From a phage, in sequence record PZ452578.1: 64,000 bases of DNA; one strand, given 5' to 3'. The translations under genes were made by a program, and so were the position numbers. Numbering within the stretch: position 1 is the first letter of the stretch; each line of letters begins with the position of its first letter. The notes beneath the pieces were generated by a model. It saw only the letters and a program-made list of their open reading frames with translations. It had not been told where the DNA came from and searched no databases. This document shows, piece by piece, positions 1-9,390 of this stretch.

Positions 1-269
1 ATATCTTTAGAATAATGACGAGCACCTGGAATAATAAGAGTTCGTCCATCTTTTAATTTAAAACGGTTGGCTGCACAAACAATTCGTCGTTGATACTTTT
101 GGTTTTCATCCCAATACGCAGTCTGCCAACAGATTTCAGGAACTTCTTTCAGAATATCTTCTTCTGTGCATTTATAACCATGCGCTTTAAATTTTTCAAC
201 AAGACTTTCTGGAGTTTCACGAGATAAAGGAACATTCAGCATTTTTAAACGATTGATAAATGGGTTCAT
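1..269 (-). CDS. hypothetical protein, N-terminal ~89 codons (CDS runs off the window start)
   Basis: Own translation of minus strand from ATG at 269 ([22 protein letters not shown]...), no stop to position 1; ATGA overlap with stop of upstream ORF. Confidence 0.5.
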
Positions 270-595
270 TTAAACCATCCTTTAATACGCTGCCACAAAG
301 TTTTCTGCTGAGCTTTGTTAACACCAATTGAACGAATAACTGGTTGAGATTCCTGGAATTCTTTATAATCAGCAAGGTAAATTTCGTAAGCTGCATCTGT
401 AAATGAACTTATCGCTGCCATAAAATTATTGCGAATACCTACTGGAGCATCTTTACTTTCACGAATAATCATGTATTTACCAGTCTTAATCTTTACAATA
501 GTTCCAAGATAAGCTCCATGATACCAGATGTCCCAACCCTCTTGAGTAGGTTCTGCACAACGACGAAGTTCATTGATAATTTCTAACTTGTTCAT
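266..595 (-). CDS. hypothetical protein (109 aa)
   Basis: ORF track; minus-strand operon context downstream of motA. Confidence 0.6.
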
Positions 596-605
596 TATTT
601 ATTCC

Positions 606-1241
606 TCACAGTTCAGATGCTACAGTGATTACTGCTTCAATGTTTTCTGCCGAGCGTTTAATGTCAAGATACACATTACCGTTTTTAGCGATTTTACATG
701 ACATTCCGATGTCAGTAAATTTCTGAATATGATGTTCCATCATTTTGTATCCAAAAATTCGCATATTTCCATTGTTGTTAATTTCAAAATTACGAATTCC
801 GTGAGTACGTTTTTCTAAAATAGCGAGATAGTTACTACGATAAGTTTCAACCTTTTTAAGAACAAATCCATTTTCATCTAAAAGTTTTAACATGAAGTCT
901 TTATCTTCTTCCATATCAGAAGTAATCTCACGAGCTTTACGAGTTGCTCGTTTTTTCAGTAGTTCCGGAGCATTTTCCTGTGCGTATAAAGTTGCTGCGT
1001 TTGAAATAATATCCTGAGCTTCACCAGTAATGATTAATCCATCACCAGATTTCTCCACCAGGCCTTTTTTAATCAATACCCCAATATTACTATTAACTAC
1101 TGCGTTACCTAAATCTGGATGCACCTCACGAACTTCTGCAGCTGTAATGAAATCTTTCTTAGCAATGGTAATTAAAATCGCAGCAGTTTTTTCATTCAGA
1201 ACATCGTTAGAAGCTTTGATGATGTAAGTTACTTTAGACAT
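606..1241 (-). CDS. motA: MotA, activator of middle transcription
   Basis: ORF track 211 aa; N-terminus MSKVTYIIKASNDVLNEK and length match T4 MotA as recalled. Confidence 0.9.
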   Translation of the reverse strand: MSKVTYIIKASNDVLNEKTAAILITIAKKDFITAAEVREVHPDLGNAVVNSNIGVLIKKGLVEKSGDGLIITGEAQDIISNAATLYAQENAPELLKKRATRKAREITSDMEEDKDFMLKLLDENGFVLKKVETYRSNYLAILEKRTHGIRNFEINNNGNMRIFGYKMMEHHIQKFTDIGMSCKIAKNGNVYLDIKRSAENIEAVITVASEL

Positions 1242-1282
1242 TTTCTAATCTCCGTAATTCTGTATCAGCAGTTGATAGTTGT

Positions 1283-1325
1283 ATAGTACCACAGTATGCT
1301 TTGGTTGTAAACCGTTTTGTGAAAA
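1283..1325 (-). promoter_or_regulatory. T4-type early promoter (GTTTAC -35, 17-bp spacer, TGgTACTAT -10, A/T-rich UP region) with conserved leader, upstream of motA
   Basis: Plus strand shows atagta at 1283-1288 and gtaaac at 1307-1312 (reverse complement of -10/-35); member of repeated promoter-leader family. Confidence 0.7.
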
Positions 1326-1335
1326 AAAATTTTTG

Positions 1336-1366
1336 AAATAAAAAAGGGAGAGCCTCGGCTCTCCCT
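1336..1366 (-). terminator. Intrinsic terminator (GC-rich hairpin GGGAGAGC-loop-GCTCTCCC followed by U-run on minus-strand RNA)
   Basis: Inverted repeat 1346-1365 with A-run 1336-1345 on plus strand. Confidence 0.7.
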
Positions 1367-1370
1367 AAAA

Positions 1371-1520
1371 TTACTGCATGACTGTGATAACTGTCATGAT
1401 AACACGTTGAATTCCGAACGCAAGAAGACCTCCTGCTACGGCTGGAACAACGCCTAAACCCGCTAGTAAAATGCTACCAGATACTAATGCAGCGCTTGTA
1501 ATACCTATGAATGGACTCAT
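1371..1520 (-). CDS. small hydrophobic protein (49 aa)
   Basis: Own translation MSPFIGITSAALVSGSILLAGLGVVPAVAGG...; start overlaps gp52 stop (ATGA); below ORF-track size cutoff. Confidence 0.45.
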   Translation of the reverse strand: MSPFIGITSAALVSGSILLAGLGVVPAVAGGLLAFGIQRVIMTVITVMQ

Positions 1521-2845
1521 TTGATTTCCTCTAAATCTTTGGTGTATTCTGTAACTACATCAGTAGTTTTCCAATATTCGTTTTCTTCTTTTTTGGCTTT
1601 AGCTTCTTCAGCAAGTTTCTTCGCTTCATCGGAAGTCATATGAAAAATATTCATTCCAACTAGTTTATCAACATAAGAAGAATACATATCGATTTTCGAA
1701 AGTTCTTCGGTCAGTTCTTTACGAGTTTTACCCTGTACAACGATTTCACCTGAAATTACTTTCTTAATGAAATGTGCCTTGGCAAAGGCTAAACGAAAAG
1801 CTGATTCAGTTTCTTTAATTTTGTTATCAATTCGTTTTTGGACATAAGTTTTACGAACTTCAACAAAGTCTTTAATTAAATCAACTACGTTATCGTAAAC
1901 TTGTAGTTTTCCTTTCTCATTAATAACCGTAATATTCTGAGAACGACGTTCAATCAATCCGAAGTCTTTCATAATTTTTGCATGGCGTTCTTCTTCGTTA
2001 TCGCTCAAAGAGTATTCTTTGCGGAATTTAACTTTGAAGCCAAAACCATGCTCACCACAAGCATCATCCCATGTAATGAAGCCTTTATCTTCAAGCGGGT
2101 CTAAGATTTTACTCACATAAGTTTCACGATCATACTTATACGGAATCTCAGTGATATGCATTTGAGTTCGTGAAGTAAACTTATATGTTCCACGAATTTC
2201 ATATTGACCGTCAATCTCAACGACTTCACCACGAAATTCTGGGAATTCTACCTTTGGTTTAGTTACTTTCTTTCCTTGAAGAGCTTGTAATACAGCTTTC
2301 TTGACAGAAGAAACACTATGAGGAAGAATGTAAGTTGCATAACCAGTTGCAATACCGGAAACGCCATTAAGAAGAACAGTAGGAATAATAGGCAAATAGA
2401 AAGCAGGCGGAATATGTTCTTTATCTTGATGTACCGGAGCATATTCAGTATCTTTATATACGTTATAGAAATTTTTACTTACACGAGCAAAAATATAACG
2501 ACTTGCCGCTGCCTTTTGGACAGTACGAGAACCAAAGTTTCCTTGACCGTCTAACAAAGGAAAGTTATTATTCCAAGTATTAGCCATCAAAGCCCCCGCA
2601 TCTTGTGCAGAGTTTTCACCATGATGATATCCAAGGTCCGCTACACCGCCTGCGATAGAAGCGAGTTTGTGAAACTTATCTTTATTTCCTCGTGCCAAAT
2701 CAAGAGCTCGAGCAATAACAAATCGTTGAACTGGCTTAAATCCGTCAATCATATTTGGGATAGCACGATTTTCAACCGTGTACATAGCATAAGCCAGTGC
2801 TTCATTATCAATGATACTTTTTAAATCGCGATTATTCAGTTGCAT
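1517..2845 (-). CDS. 52: DNA topoisomerase II medium subunit gp52 (GyrA-like)
   Basis: ORF track 442 aa; matches T4 gp52 length and N-terminus as recalled. Confidence 0.9.
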   Translation of the reverse strand: MQLNNRDLKSIIDNEALAYAMYTVENRAIPNMIDGFKPVQRFVIARALDLARGNKDKFHKLASIAGGVADLGYHHGENSAQDAGALMANTWNNNFPLLDGQGNFGSRTVQKAAASRYIFARVSKNFYNVYKDTEYAPVHQDKEHIPPAFYLPIIPTVLLNGVSGIATGYATYILPHSVSSVKKAVLQALQGKKVTKPKVEFPEFRGEVVEIDGQYEIRGTYKFTSRTQMHITEIPYKYDRETYVSKILDPLEDKGFITWDDACGEHGFGFKVKFRKEYSLSDNEEERHAKIMKDFGLIERRSQNITVINEKGKLQVYDNVVDLIKDFVEVRKTYVQKRIDNKIKETESAFRLAFAKAHFIKKVISGEIVVQGKTRKELTEELSKIDMYSSYVDKLVGMNIFHMTSDEAKKLAEEAKAKKEENEYWKTTDVVTEYTKDLEEIK

Positions 2846-2982
2846 AAATTTACCATACTAGTGAATGTAGTGCCATAATAACATCAGAAATGAAAAGCAC
2901 GACTTGAATTAATCCGAACATTACTCCATAATATAGTGCTACCAATAAAGTAGCAAGGGCTAATGAATAGCCCAAGATTTTC

Positions 2983-3141
2983 TTAATCATTAGTAGATAA
3001 CAACACAAATGTTAAATATGCACACATACCCTGGGCTAAAGCTTGTGAAAACACACTGCTAGCATCGATACAGATAGTTAAAACACATGCTACTATCCAA
3101 CAAATAAATGAAATAACTCCTAATAATTTTGCGATATTCAT
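2983..3141 (-). CDS. small membrane protein (52 aa; internal ATG with GGAG RBS)
   Basis: ORF track 62 aa ORF; GGAG 8 nt upstream of internal ATG at 3141; hydrophobic. Confidence 0.5.
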   Translation of the reverse strand: MNIAKLLGVISFICWIVACVLTICIDASSVFSQALAQGMCAYLTFVLLSTND

Positions 3142-3151
3142 AATATTCTCC

Positions 3152-3307
3152 TCAACTATTTTTAGAACCAATGTACGCGAATAATGATAAAATCGCTAAT
3201 ACGCCCTGAGCTGATGCTTGCAAAAATACTGAAGTTTCTCCAGTTATTACTGTTCCGATGCATAAAAAGAACCAACAGAAAAAGGCTATACCGTGAACAA
3301 ATTTCAT
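3152..3307 (-). CDS. small membrane protein (51 aa), paralog of the 2983..3141 product
   Basis: Own translation MKFVHGIAFFCWFFLCIGTVITGETSVFLQASAQG...; AGGA RBS; similar to neighbour. Confidence 0.45.
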   Translation of the reverse strand: MKFVHGIAFFCWFFLCIGTVITGETSVFLQASAQGVLAILSLFAYIGSKNS

Positions 3308-3319
3308 ATTTTCCTCACT

Positions 3320-3335
3320 GGCGTCCGAAGACGCC
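3320..3335 (-). other. Stable RNA hairpin with UUCG tetraloop directly upstream of an RBS (no U-tract)
   Basis: Inverted repeat ggcgtc-cgaa-gacgcc on plus strand. Confidence 0.5.
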
Positions 3336-3394
3336 TTTGGTTTTAAGATTGTTACGATAGAACTGCATCACATGTTCGTTATGGAAATTACTCA

Positions 3395-3853
3395 TTAATA
3401 TGCCTGCAAAACAAATTTAAAGTTATCAGCCAACATACGGTTCATTTCTTCAAGTGTTTGATACTCAGAATGATGATTACGAGTAAACGCCAAAGCTAAC
3501 TGACCTTTTCCAAATCCCGTCGTCAGAGGTTTCATCTTAGAAGCAGGCAGATAAAATACTGTGTATGGAACATTGTTATTTGCAATAGTACGTGCAAGCT
3601 GAGACCGACGTTGACGAATATGACTTAGAACTGCACTGAATCCTTGCTTAGAACGCTGATTACCTACATAAAATCGTGCTGACACACATGGATTACTAAA
3701 TGGACGACCATCTAATTTACTTACTAAAAAGTAAAATCCAGGTTTAGATAAAATATCTTTATGCGGAGTTCCCAAAAACCACTCACCACCCTTGATTGTA
3801 CCAATAACAGTAGCGCCTGCGTTGTTCAGATCAGTAACAGTCATGTATTTCAT
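3395..3853 (-). CDS. ndd: Ndd nucleoid disruption protein
   Basis: ORF track ORF; internal start [18 protein letters not shown] gives ~152 aa matching T4 Ndd as recalled. Confidence 0.8.
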
Positions 3854-3911
3854 ATTAATTTCCTCTAAATTATTTTCTACTCCATGGCCGCATGAATACG
3901 CGGCCATTAAA

Positions 3912-4127
3912 TTAATCGTCGCAGTCGACGCTCAATTCCCAAAACTCTTCTACAGTATAAGTTTCAGTATCATTTTCAATACAGAAACGTTCATTACTGT
4001 TATTTGCTAAAGTAGCATTAACTGTCGGTTTCTCGCTAGTGCTCTTAAGAGGTGAAATACGAATTAACTGATCACCGTTATCTAAACAGAAAATTTCACC
4101 AACTTTTACATCTTTAAAACTTTTCAT
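3912..4127 (-). CDS. hypothetical protein (71 aa)
   Basis: ORF track. Confidence 0.55.
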   Translation of the reverse strand: MKSFKDVKVGEIFCLDNGDQLIRISPLKSTSEKPTVNATLANNSNERFCIENDTETYTVEEFWELSVDCDD

Positions 4128-4242
4128 AATTCACCTCAAGGAGTATAAAATCCGAATGCAGTTGTTGACCATCCCATCCAATATGGAAAATTTGCACCAA
4201 TGTAAAACATAAGAATATAAAACCAACCGCTCAGCAAATTCA

Positions 4243-4461
4243 TCATTTTACACCGTTCCAAATTGTTTCAACCACAGATTTTAAACCATTTTGATGAATA
4301 TCCATTCCGACTACCGCCATCAAATAAATTCCAACTACAACTGAACCTAAGGCAAAAATCAGCATGAAAATGAATAAAGCCGGAAAAATATTATCGAAAA
4401 ACCATTCAATAAATGTAAAAGCACTGCGTTTACGCTTCATATTTTCCTCACATAAATCCAA
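4243..4461 (-). CDS. hypothetical membrane protein (72 aa)
   Basis: ORF track; hydrophobic core. Confidence 0.55.
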   Translation of the reverse strand: MDLCEENMKRKRSAFTFIEWFFDNIFPALFIFMLIFALGSVVVGIYLMAVVGMDIHQNGLKSVVETIWNGVK

Positions 4462-4561
4462 AGTAAACGTTTAATACATCAATCATTAAAACGATTGGGA
4501 ATATACTCAAAACTACTAGTATTATAACTACATTCCATATAGCTTTAACAATCTTTTTCAT
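4448..4561 (-). CDS. small membrane protein (37 aa)
   Basis: Internal ATG at 4561 preceded by GGAGG; track ORF N-terminal extension is read-through of the promoter/leader. Confidence 0.5.
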   Translation of the reverse strand: MKKIVKAIWNVVIILVVLSIFPIVLMIDVLNVYFGFM

Positions 4562-4589
4562 TTTCTGTTCCTCCGTAGTTGATAGTTGT

Positions 4590-4635
4590 ATAGTACCACA
4601 GAGGAACAGTCTTGTAAACAACTTTTTAAAAATAT
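4590..4635 (-). promoter_or_regulatory. T4-type early promoter with conserved leader (near-identical twin at 58298..58335)
   Basis: Plus atagta 4590-4595, gtaaac 4614-4619; 17-bp spacer; TGg extended -10. Confidence 0.7.
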
Positions 4636-4835
4636 TCGTAATAAATGTGAATACCAACTACTACCGCTGAAACCTGTGCAACCCACCACGCACAAGCAAT
4701 AAGTACAGAATTCAAAATTTTCATAATAACCTCATCACAAAAGTAAATGTTAAACAAATTAATGGAATACTAATTAACCAAACAAAACACCACCATAATG
4801 AACTCATAGTTCAATCTCAACGATTTTCATTTTAC

Positions 4836-5042
4836 TCAATAATCCGCTAAAAGATCGACGATTGTATCACGAAGACACTTATTCGCAATACGTTTAAGAG
4901 CAATTTCAGTTTCTGGAGCATTTTGAATAATCATTGAATTCAATTCAGCCTCAGCAAACTGAAGTTCTTTAACTAATTCAGCTTTATATTTTCCTTGCCC
5001 TTTCTTAGCTTTTGCTCGTTTTAATTCAGCTGTAGTAAACAT
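4836..5042 (-). CDS. hypothetical protein (68 aa)
   Basis: Internal ATG at 5042 with GGAG RBS; upstream part of track ORF is promoter/leader read-through. Confidence 0.6.
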   Translation of the reverse strand: MFTTAELKRAKAKKGQGKYKAELVKELQFAEAELNSMIIQNAPETEIALKRIANKCLRDTIVDLLADY

Positions 5043-5076
5043 TTTATTCTCCAAATCCGTATCAGTTGATAATTGT

Positions 5077-5125
5077 ATATTACCACAGTCCTTGTGGTAT
5101 GTAAACCGTTTTGTGAAAAAATTTT
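5077..5125 (-). promoter_or_regulatory. T4-type early promoter with conserved leader
   Basis: Plus atatta 5077-5082, gtaaac 5101-5106; dyad ccaca-N5-tgtgg in spacer. Confidence 0.7.
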
Positions 5126-5683
5126 TTAAATGGAAAGATACCATCCATTGTAGTTGCTTTTTCTTACAACCTTACGAAGGTCTTCTCTATCACCGATGAA
5201 TTTCGGAGTGTACTGGATGACACCTGGATGAATTTCTTTAGTGTTGAATATAATTATACAGTCAGCGACTTGATGATTTAGAATGGGCCCTAGATTTATT
5301 CCAGAACCATATGGATATTCTCCGCTGCATCCGGTTGTTACCGAAATCCATCGTGAGTCAGTTTGATGTGTTTTGACTTCTACACGAAGCCCACAGTATT
5401 TTGGATGCGCCAATACATCCCATGCATATGTGTACGGATCATCGACATCTTCTTGACCTTTATTAACATACCCGCTTAACCAATCTGCTACAAAAAACTC
5501 TGCGTACACAGCGATACGACATCTTTCGATAACTTCTGCCTTATCCTGGTTCGGGTTTTGTTTTAAAGAGTATCTTGCTGTATCAGCAATTTTGACTTTC
5601 ATTTCACTAGTCAAGTCACTGTTCGATAGGGTAAATGTCGGAATCTGAAATAGTCTCTGTAGCCCCGGATTCGTTTTCTGCAT
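5126..5683 (-). CDS. denB: DenB endonuclease IV
   Basis: ORF track 185 aa; position between ndd and rIIB and length match T4 denB. Confidence 0.8.
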   Translation of the reverse strand: MQKTNPGLQRLFQIPTFTLSNSDLTSEMKVKIADTARYSLKQNPNQDKAEVIERCRIAVYAEFFVADWLSGYVNKGQEDVDDPYTYAWDVLAHPKYCGLRVEVKTHQTDSRWISVTTGCSGEYPYGSGINLGPILNHQVADCIIIFNTKEIHPGVIQYTPKFIGDREDLRKVVRKSNYNGWYLSI

Positions 5684-5739
5684 TTAAACTTTCCTTTATG
5701 TCGGAATCACTGATATTCATATAAATCATAATTTCTCTT

Positions 5740-5765
5740 AAAACAAAAGGGCCGAAGCCCTTATT
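5740..5765 (-). terminator. Intrinsic terminator, CUUCGG hairpin followed by U-rich tract
   Basis: aagggc-cgaa-gccctt inverted repeat 5747-5762. Confidence 0.6.
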
Positions 5766-5960
5766 TTATTTGAATTGCGCAATTCTTTTCTCTAGACATT
5801 CAGCATAAGATTTCATTGAGATGAACTGTGAAAGCAGCAGTTCTTGCTCAACTGCACTAACTGTTAGAAACTTTGCGCTTTCTAAAAATTTACTCAGTGC
5901 ATTAATTTTGAGCATTAATTGATCGTATTCTTCTTTTACTCGTGCTTGATAACCTAACAT
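5766..5960 (-). CDS. hypothetical protein (64 aa)
   Basis: ORF track; RBS AAGGAAA. Confidence 0.6.
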   Translation of the reverse strand: MLGYQARVKEEYDQLMLKINALSKFLESAKFLTVSAVEQELLLSQFISMKSYAECLEKRIAQFK

Positions 5961-5974
5961 AATTTTCCTTAGTT

Positions 5975-5990
5975 AAGGGCCGAAGCCCTT
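5975..5990 (-). other. CUUCGG RNA hairpin at rIIB 3' end
   Basis: aagggccgaagccctt inverted repeat. Confidence 0.5.
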
Positions 5991-6927
5991 ATTTAAATTG
6001 TTCAGTAACGTCTTCAACTACTTCGTATTGGCAGGTACGCATTTTAGCATCGTTGTAATCAATCGGAATTGATACTACATCACGCGGATGTACTTTAACT
6101 TTTACAACTCGGCTAGTTGAACTGCCAAAGTGACGAATATAAGATTTAGAACACACGTGCAGACCACGAGAACAAGTTTGTGTATCATCGTCATTCACAC
6201 GAGTACGTGGCATTTTAACTACTTTACCAGGACTGTTATCAAAGGTATTTGAGTGGCAGTCAAAGTAATTGCTGCGAACTACTTTCCAAGCATAGAAGTA
6301 ACCATCTTCTGTAATTTCAATATCATTTGCTACCAAGAAATCAAAGAGTCGAGATACCGCTTTTTGGCTTGGGTTTTCCAACAGATTTTCCAAGAACGGA
6401 AAATAAAATTCAAAGTTTTCACCTTTTTCCATCGAGTCAAGAATACGATCAACCAAACCAGACCGCAATTCAATATTTTGATAGAACAAGCTTCCACCTT
6501 CAATTCGAACATCGCCGGAAATATATTTTTCAACAGCGCGACGAACATTAATTTTTTGTGCCGCTTCTTCCAACTTATCTGCTACGAGCAGATTAAGAAT
6601 TTCCTGGAAGTTTGAATGAGTATTAGGAGTTGCGTTATAAGTTACGCCATCAACAGTAATTGAAATGAATTTTTTAGATGCATTCCAAATAATGTCAGAT
6701 TTAGCAACTGGAGCAATAACTGCATCGCTATTAACTTTAACTGTAATATCACCGCTAATAGTAACTTTAGGGTGTTTAGCTTCTTCAGCATTTTTCAAAA
6801 CACGACGGATTGTGTCAACCGATACACCTTGCCAATCAGCCAATTCCTGTTGGGTGTAATTACCACTTGAATACAGTTTAACAATTTCAGCTTGTTCGTT
6901 TTTGGTCAGGCATTTAATATTGTACAT
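5989..6927 (-). CDS. rIIB: rIIB protein
   Basis: ORF track 312 aa; matches T4 rIIB length and N-terminus MYNIKCLTKNEQAEIVK. Confidence 0.9.
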   Translation of the reverse strand: MYNIKCLTKNEQAEIVKLYSSGNYTQQELADWQGVSVDTIRRVLKNAEEAKHPKVTISGDITVKVNSDAVIAPVAKSDIIWNASKKFISITVDGVTYNATPNTHSNFQEILNLLVADKLEEAAQKINVRRAVEKYISGDVRIEGGSLFYQNIELRSGLVDRILDSMEKGENFEFYFPFLENLLENPSQKAVSRLFDFLVANDIEITEDGYFYAWKVVRSNYFDCHSNTFDNSPGKVVKMPRTRVNDDDTQTCSRGLHVCSKSYIRHFGSSTSRVVKVKVHPRDVVSIPIDYNDAKMRTCQYEVVEDVTEQFK

Positions 6928-6938
6928 AATTTTCCTTA

Positions 6939-9116
6939 TTAGGCCGCAAGGGCCTTCATAGTTTTAGCGATTTGGGAAACTTCATCATCACTTAAAGAGT
7001 TGCGATAACTGATGAAGTCGGAAACAATACGGAATTTCTTGGTAAACTCAGCAACCATTTTATCACTGTTTTTTGAAGCATTATTTGATAATACATCAAA
7101 AAGATTAGTTACTGTCCAGATGTCATGACCGATGGTATCTTTTCCACCATTAAAATATACACCCTGTAATGAACTAACCATATTAGCGAGTCGTGTATAT
7201 TCTTCAGAAACTTCATCTACACTGAAGTACTTCATCATAAAATCTAACTCAGGATACTTGATAATTTTATCAATATATCGTTTAGCTGAACTTGAATAAC
7301 CTACATACTTATCATAATCTACATCATCAAAAGCATCTACATATAAATCACGCAGAGTTTCAAAAATACATTGGCACTGACCAAGTTCTTTTACCTTTTT
7401 CTGTAAAAGCGGACGAATAACATAAAATTCATTAATGCCAATAAGATTAGCCATACGAATCAAAATATTCATAGATGGATGACAAAGAGATGTAGTACCA
7501 TCCATAGAGAAAATATCAGAACGATGCATATACGCTACATAACCAGTAATTTCATCTGCTTCTGATGTGAGCGTAAATAATTCCTCTTTTTCCCAGCGCC
7601 CGTCTTTAATTTCAAACTTAAATGCTGTAGCAGCTTTAGGACGAGGAGCTTTACTTTTAACTACCTTTGGAATATAGCTTTTAACTAAAGCTTCGATTTC
7701 TGACAAATAATGAATGTTAACTTCATCACTTTCAAACATTGCCATAATATCAGGAAGCAAATCAATCTGCGATTCTACTTCCGGATTAATAAACAGAAGA
7801 CGCTCATTGTGATGAATATTCAAAGTGTTATTAAATTCACTATCATCTAACGCGTGTGCTAATCCACGGACAATATTAACACGATTTTTAATATTATCAA
7901 TAACGATATTAATTTTTGTTGTATTAATACCAAACAGACGATAACTTGATGCAACGGCTGAAGTTTCATGACTTTGCTTAATGCGTTTCAGTCGAGGGTC
8001 AAGATTTACTTCATACACCACGCCTGCATTACATAACTTACTGTCAGGTTCAAACATGCTCTGCATCTTTTTATATGACAGATTTTTAGTCGTGAATTTG
8101 ACTGAATTACTAATCATATAATCTCGAGCAGAATACCCCATCTTCATCAATTCACGATATGTGTGACGGGGAGATGTAGATTCTTTAAATCGTTTTACAT
8201 CTTCATTAAATGCTTTCTCACTAAGCTCTTTAACTCGTTCAATAATATTTTTACGAGTACGATCATCCAATGAAAGAGCTTCACGTGATGGAGCAATATC
8301 AAGTGAACCCATTGGAAACTTAATGTAATTCACTTCATTGCGAATGCTTAGCCAGTTACGGTCTCTAATAACACCATCGATAGGATAAACAATACCGCCA
8401 TAGATAGCATATAATCCACCACGATCAGGCCAGTATCTTTCTGGATTTACACCATAATAATCATCAAAATCAGGAAAATAATCAATTTCGCGGTCAAGAC
8501 CATTAATGATAGCCAAATCTTTGAACGGTCGCATGATATAAGAAACTTCATAAGCAAAGTTTCTAAAGTCTTTTTCTTCAACTGGAACTACGATTTCAAT
8601 ACCAGTTTTATCATCTGGACCCATTTCTTTTACGAATGTAGGTTTAATCTGTGGACCATCACCATCCATATAAGCTACATAACCACGAATTTCACCTTTA
8701 TGATACGAAGTAATACTAAACGTATCAGTATAACTAAACGGAGATTTAGAACCTAAACCAAATCCGCCAATGAAATCGTTAGATTCAGCCTTAGATGAAC
8801 TGAAGTATGAATTATACAAACCAGGAGAATTATCATCACCCTGAATATCAAAATCACTCATACCCGGACCAAAATCTCGGCAAACAAATCGTGGATCTAA
8901 ACGTCCAGGAACTTGAATGATAAATTTTTCAGGATTTCCATTGAGAGCATGGGCATCAATCATGTTGGTAATCAATTCACGGACTACTGCGCGAATTTTG
9001 TTTGTATACAAATCAGATGACAGAATTTTAAATACTTTAGGAGATGCTGTGATGCTAAATGCTTTTGATTTAGAACCATTACCAAGAATTGTTTCTTTTT
9101 CAGTGGTGATAATCAT
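6939..9116 (-). CDS. rIIA: rIIA protein
   Basis: ORF track 725 aa; N-terminus [20 protein letters not shown] and length match T4 rIIA. Confidence 0.95.
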   Translation of the reverse strand: MIITTEKETILGNGSKSKAFSITASPKVFKILSSDLYTNKIRAVVRELITNMIDAHALNGNPEKFIIQVPGRLDPRFVCRDFGPGMSDFDIQGDDNSPGLYNSYFSSSKAESNDFIGGFGLGSKSPFSYTDTFSITSYHKGEIRGYVAYMDGDGPQIKPTFVKEMGPDDKTGIEIVVPVEEKDFRNFAYEVSYIMRPFKDLAIINGLDREIDYFPDFDDYYGVNPERYWPDRGGLYAIYGGIVYPIDGVIRDRNWLSIRNEVNYIKFPMGSLDIAPSREALSLDDRTRKNIIERVKELSEKAFNEDVKRFKESTSPRHTYRELMKMGYSARDYMISNSVKFTTKNLSYKKMQSMFEPDSKLCNAGVVYEVNLDPRLKRIKQSHETSAVASSYRLFGINTTKINIVIDNIKNRVNIVRGLAHALDDSEFNNTLNIHHNERLLFINPEVESQIDLLPDIMAMFESDEVNIHYLSEIEALVKSYIPKVVKSKAPRPKAATAFKFEIKDGRWEKEELFTLTSEADEITGYVAYMHRSDIFSMDGTTSLCHPSMNILIRMANLIGINEFYVIRPLLQKKVKELGQCQCIFETLRDLYVDAFDDVDYDKYVGYSSSAKRYIDKIIKYPELDFMMKYFSVDEVSEEYTRLANMVSSLQGVYFNGGKDTIGHDIWTVTNLFDVLSNNASKNSDKMVAEFTKKFRIVSDFISYRNSLSDDEVSQIAKTMKALAA

Positions 9117-9126
9117 AATTTCCTCA

Positions 9127-9330
9127 TTAATTCATATTACGCTTAATAACTTCAGCAACTTCTAGTAGTTCATCTTTAGTTGCGGTGTCGGATTGAATTT
9201 TATCTCTAATATCTTTAAAGCGGTTTTTAAATTCTTCGGCTTCTCCCATATCGAAAAAGCGTTGAATGATTCTATATTCTCGATAAACTGCTTTATCAAA
9301 AAGTTCTAAATTTACTCTATATGATTTCAT
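9127..9330 (-). CDS. rIIA.1-position hypothetical protein (67 aa)
   Basis: ORF track; downstream of early promoter. Confidence 0.7.
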   Translation of the reverse strand: MKSYRVNLELFDKAVYREYRIIQRFFDMGEAEEFKNRFKDIRDKIQSDTATKDELLEVAEVIKRNMN

Positions 9331-9355
9331 TTCAATATCCTCATTTGCCCAATTA

Positions 9356-9390
9356 ATTATACCACATCCTTGTGGTAAAGTAAACTACTG
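9356..9390 (-). promoter_or_regulatory. T4-type early promoter (GTTTAC / TGgTATAAT) upstream of rIIA.1-rIIA
   Basis: Plus attata 9356-9361, gtaaac 9380-9385; dyad ccaca-tcct-tgtgg in spacer. Confidence 0.7.

Noticed and set aside
1030-1227. Plus-strand ORFs embedded in minus-strand genes (1030..1227, 2318..2554, 2603..2824, 6253..6615, 10738..11028, 12103..12381, 13211..13666, 16903..17127, 33488..33775, 37136..37552, 40262..40645, 60534..60860 and others)
   Set aside because: Antisense shadow ORFs inside well-supported genes; no RBS or promoter and no room in the operon structure.
4562-4657. N-terminal extensions of several track ORFs encoding a shared peptide (…LFLCGTIQLSTTEE…, also 5043..5144, 58270..58329, 60400..60519)
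   Set aside because: These are translations of the repeated promoter/leader cassette; real starts are the internal ATGs with GGAG RBS.
6941-6958. GC-rich inverted repeat ggccgcaagggcc between rIIA and rIIB as a terminator
   Set aside because: Lies within the last codons of rIIA and lacks a U-tract; likely only an mRNA hairpin.
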